A stretch of DNA of 64,000 bases, taken from assembly GCA_951406725.2 (NCBI GenBank), contig OX597825.1, positions 10,726,001 through 10,790,000 of the forward strand, in the 5' to 3' direction. The DNA comes from Octopus vulgaris. Its lineage: Eukaryota. Positions within the stretch are counted from its first letter, which is position 1, and each line of letters starts with the position of its first letter. Of the stretch, positions 63,450 through 64,000 are shown piece by piece. The translations under genes were made by a program, and so were the position numbers. The notes below the pieces were generated by a model that was not told the origin of the DNA, did not search any database, and saw only the letters and a list, made by a program, of their open reading frames with translations.

Positions 63450-63752
63450 ATACGCTAAGAGTTACTGAAGCATGGAAAAAACTGCTAGCATCGGTTGTCA
63501 GTTGTCGGAGCACTGCATCCTTCAAAACTTCCATGCTTCCTGAGATTCGCCAACACTACACCTGATTTTCTCCCCTCCATACACACGCAAGCATGTATCT
63601 GACTCATACACTGTTCACTTCCCAGACATTTGTACATTACTGCATATGCTTTATATGCACTTTTGACAAGTTGTGGTGCACCAGAGCACTGTATACAATA
63701 ATTTCATTATTATTATTATTATTACTATTATTATTATTATTATTATTATTAT
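63450..63752 (+). mobile_element. CR1-like LINE 3' end with (ATT)n tail
   Basis: Inverted match to 51790-52060; a shorter piece lies at 63177-63272. Confidence 0.85.
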
Positions 63753-63765
63753 ATCATGTACTCAC

Positions 63766-63899
63766 TTCCGAAACAATTTACCAAGAGAAAAGTTCCAGTT
63801 GCTTCGGTTTTGTGTCTGCTGACTGAGGAAGTCTGGTGCCGGTGAGAGGAATTCAAAGAGTGCTTCACTTTGAGCCATACGATCATCTTTCATTACAGT
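63766..63899 (-). CDS. SNX25: SNX25-like exon (end of PX domain); gene continues beyond the window
   Basis: TVMKDDRMAQSEALFEFLSPAPDFL...NFSLGKLFR, like SNX25 QSEALYAFLSPSPDYL; ttgtAG acceptor, AA|gtgagt donor. Confidence 0.9.
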
Positions 63900-64000
63900 C
63901 TACAAGCAGAATGGAAAGGAATTAACTTAATAAACATTTAATGAAATACAGTTTATAAATAAAGTGAAACATTCATAATAATGTGAAGATCAATATATTC

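Overview
AT-rich, microsatellite- and transposon-dense eukaryotic DNA. The SINE families and (TA)n/(CA)n load look like an Octopus (coleoid cephalopod) genome; this is inferred from repeat recognition only. Three protein-coding genes can be reconstructed by hand with phase-consistent GT-AG splicing. (1) A plus-strand F-box/LRR-like gene has its whole CDS in one exon (30749-31816). (2) A complete 8-exon minus-strand NSUN5 rRNA m5C methyltransferase spans 50120->39845 (444 aa). (3) The last six coding exons of a minus-strand SNX25-like sorting nexin span 63899->55957. The rest is mostly tRNA-derived SINEs, CR1/L2-like and RTE LINE fragments, Helitron/Helentron non-autonomous elements, MITEs, one deleted mariner and one decayed DD37D (maT-like) element. 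The most striking observation is a family of short tRNA-headed repeats carrying a minimal Penelope-type hammerhead ribozyme motif. It occurs twice as head-to-head palindromes, once flanked by a 13-bp target-site duplication. A second, unrelated hammerhead-bearing repeat sits in a (TA)n tract in an NSUN5 intron. A SINE also inserts as precise tandem multimers, including a trimer inside one 24-bp TSD. Repeat boundaries are approximate; nothing was checked against databases.
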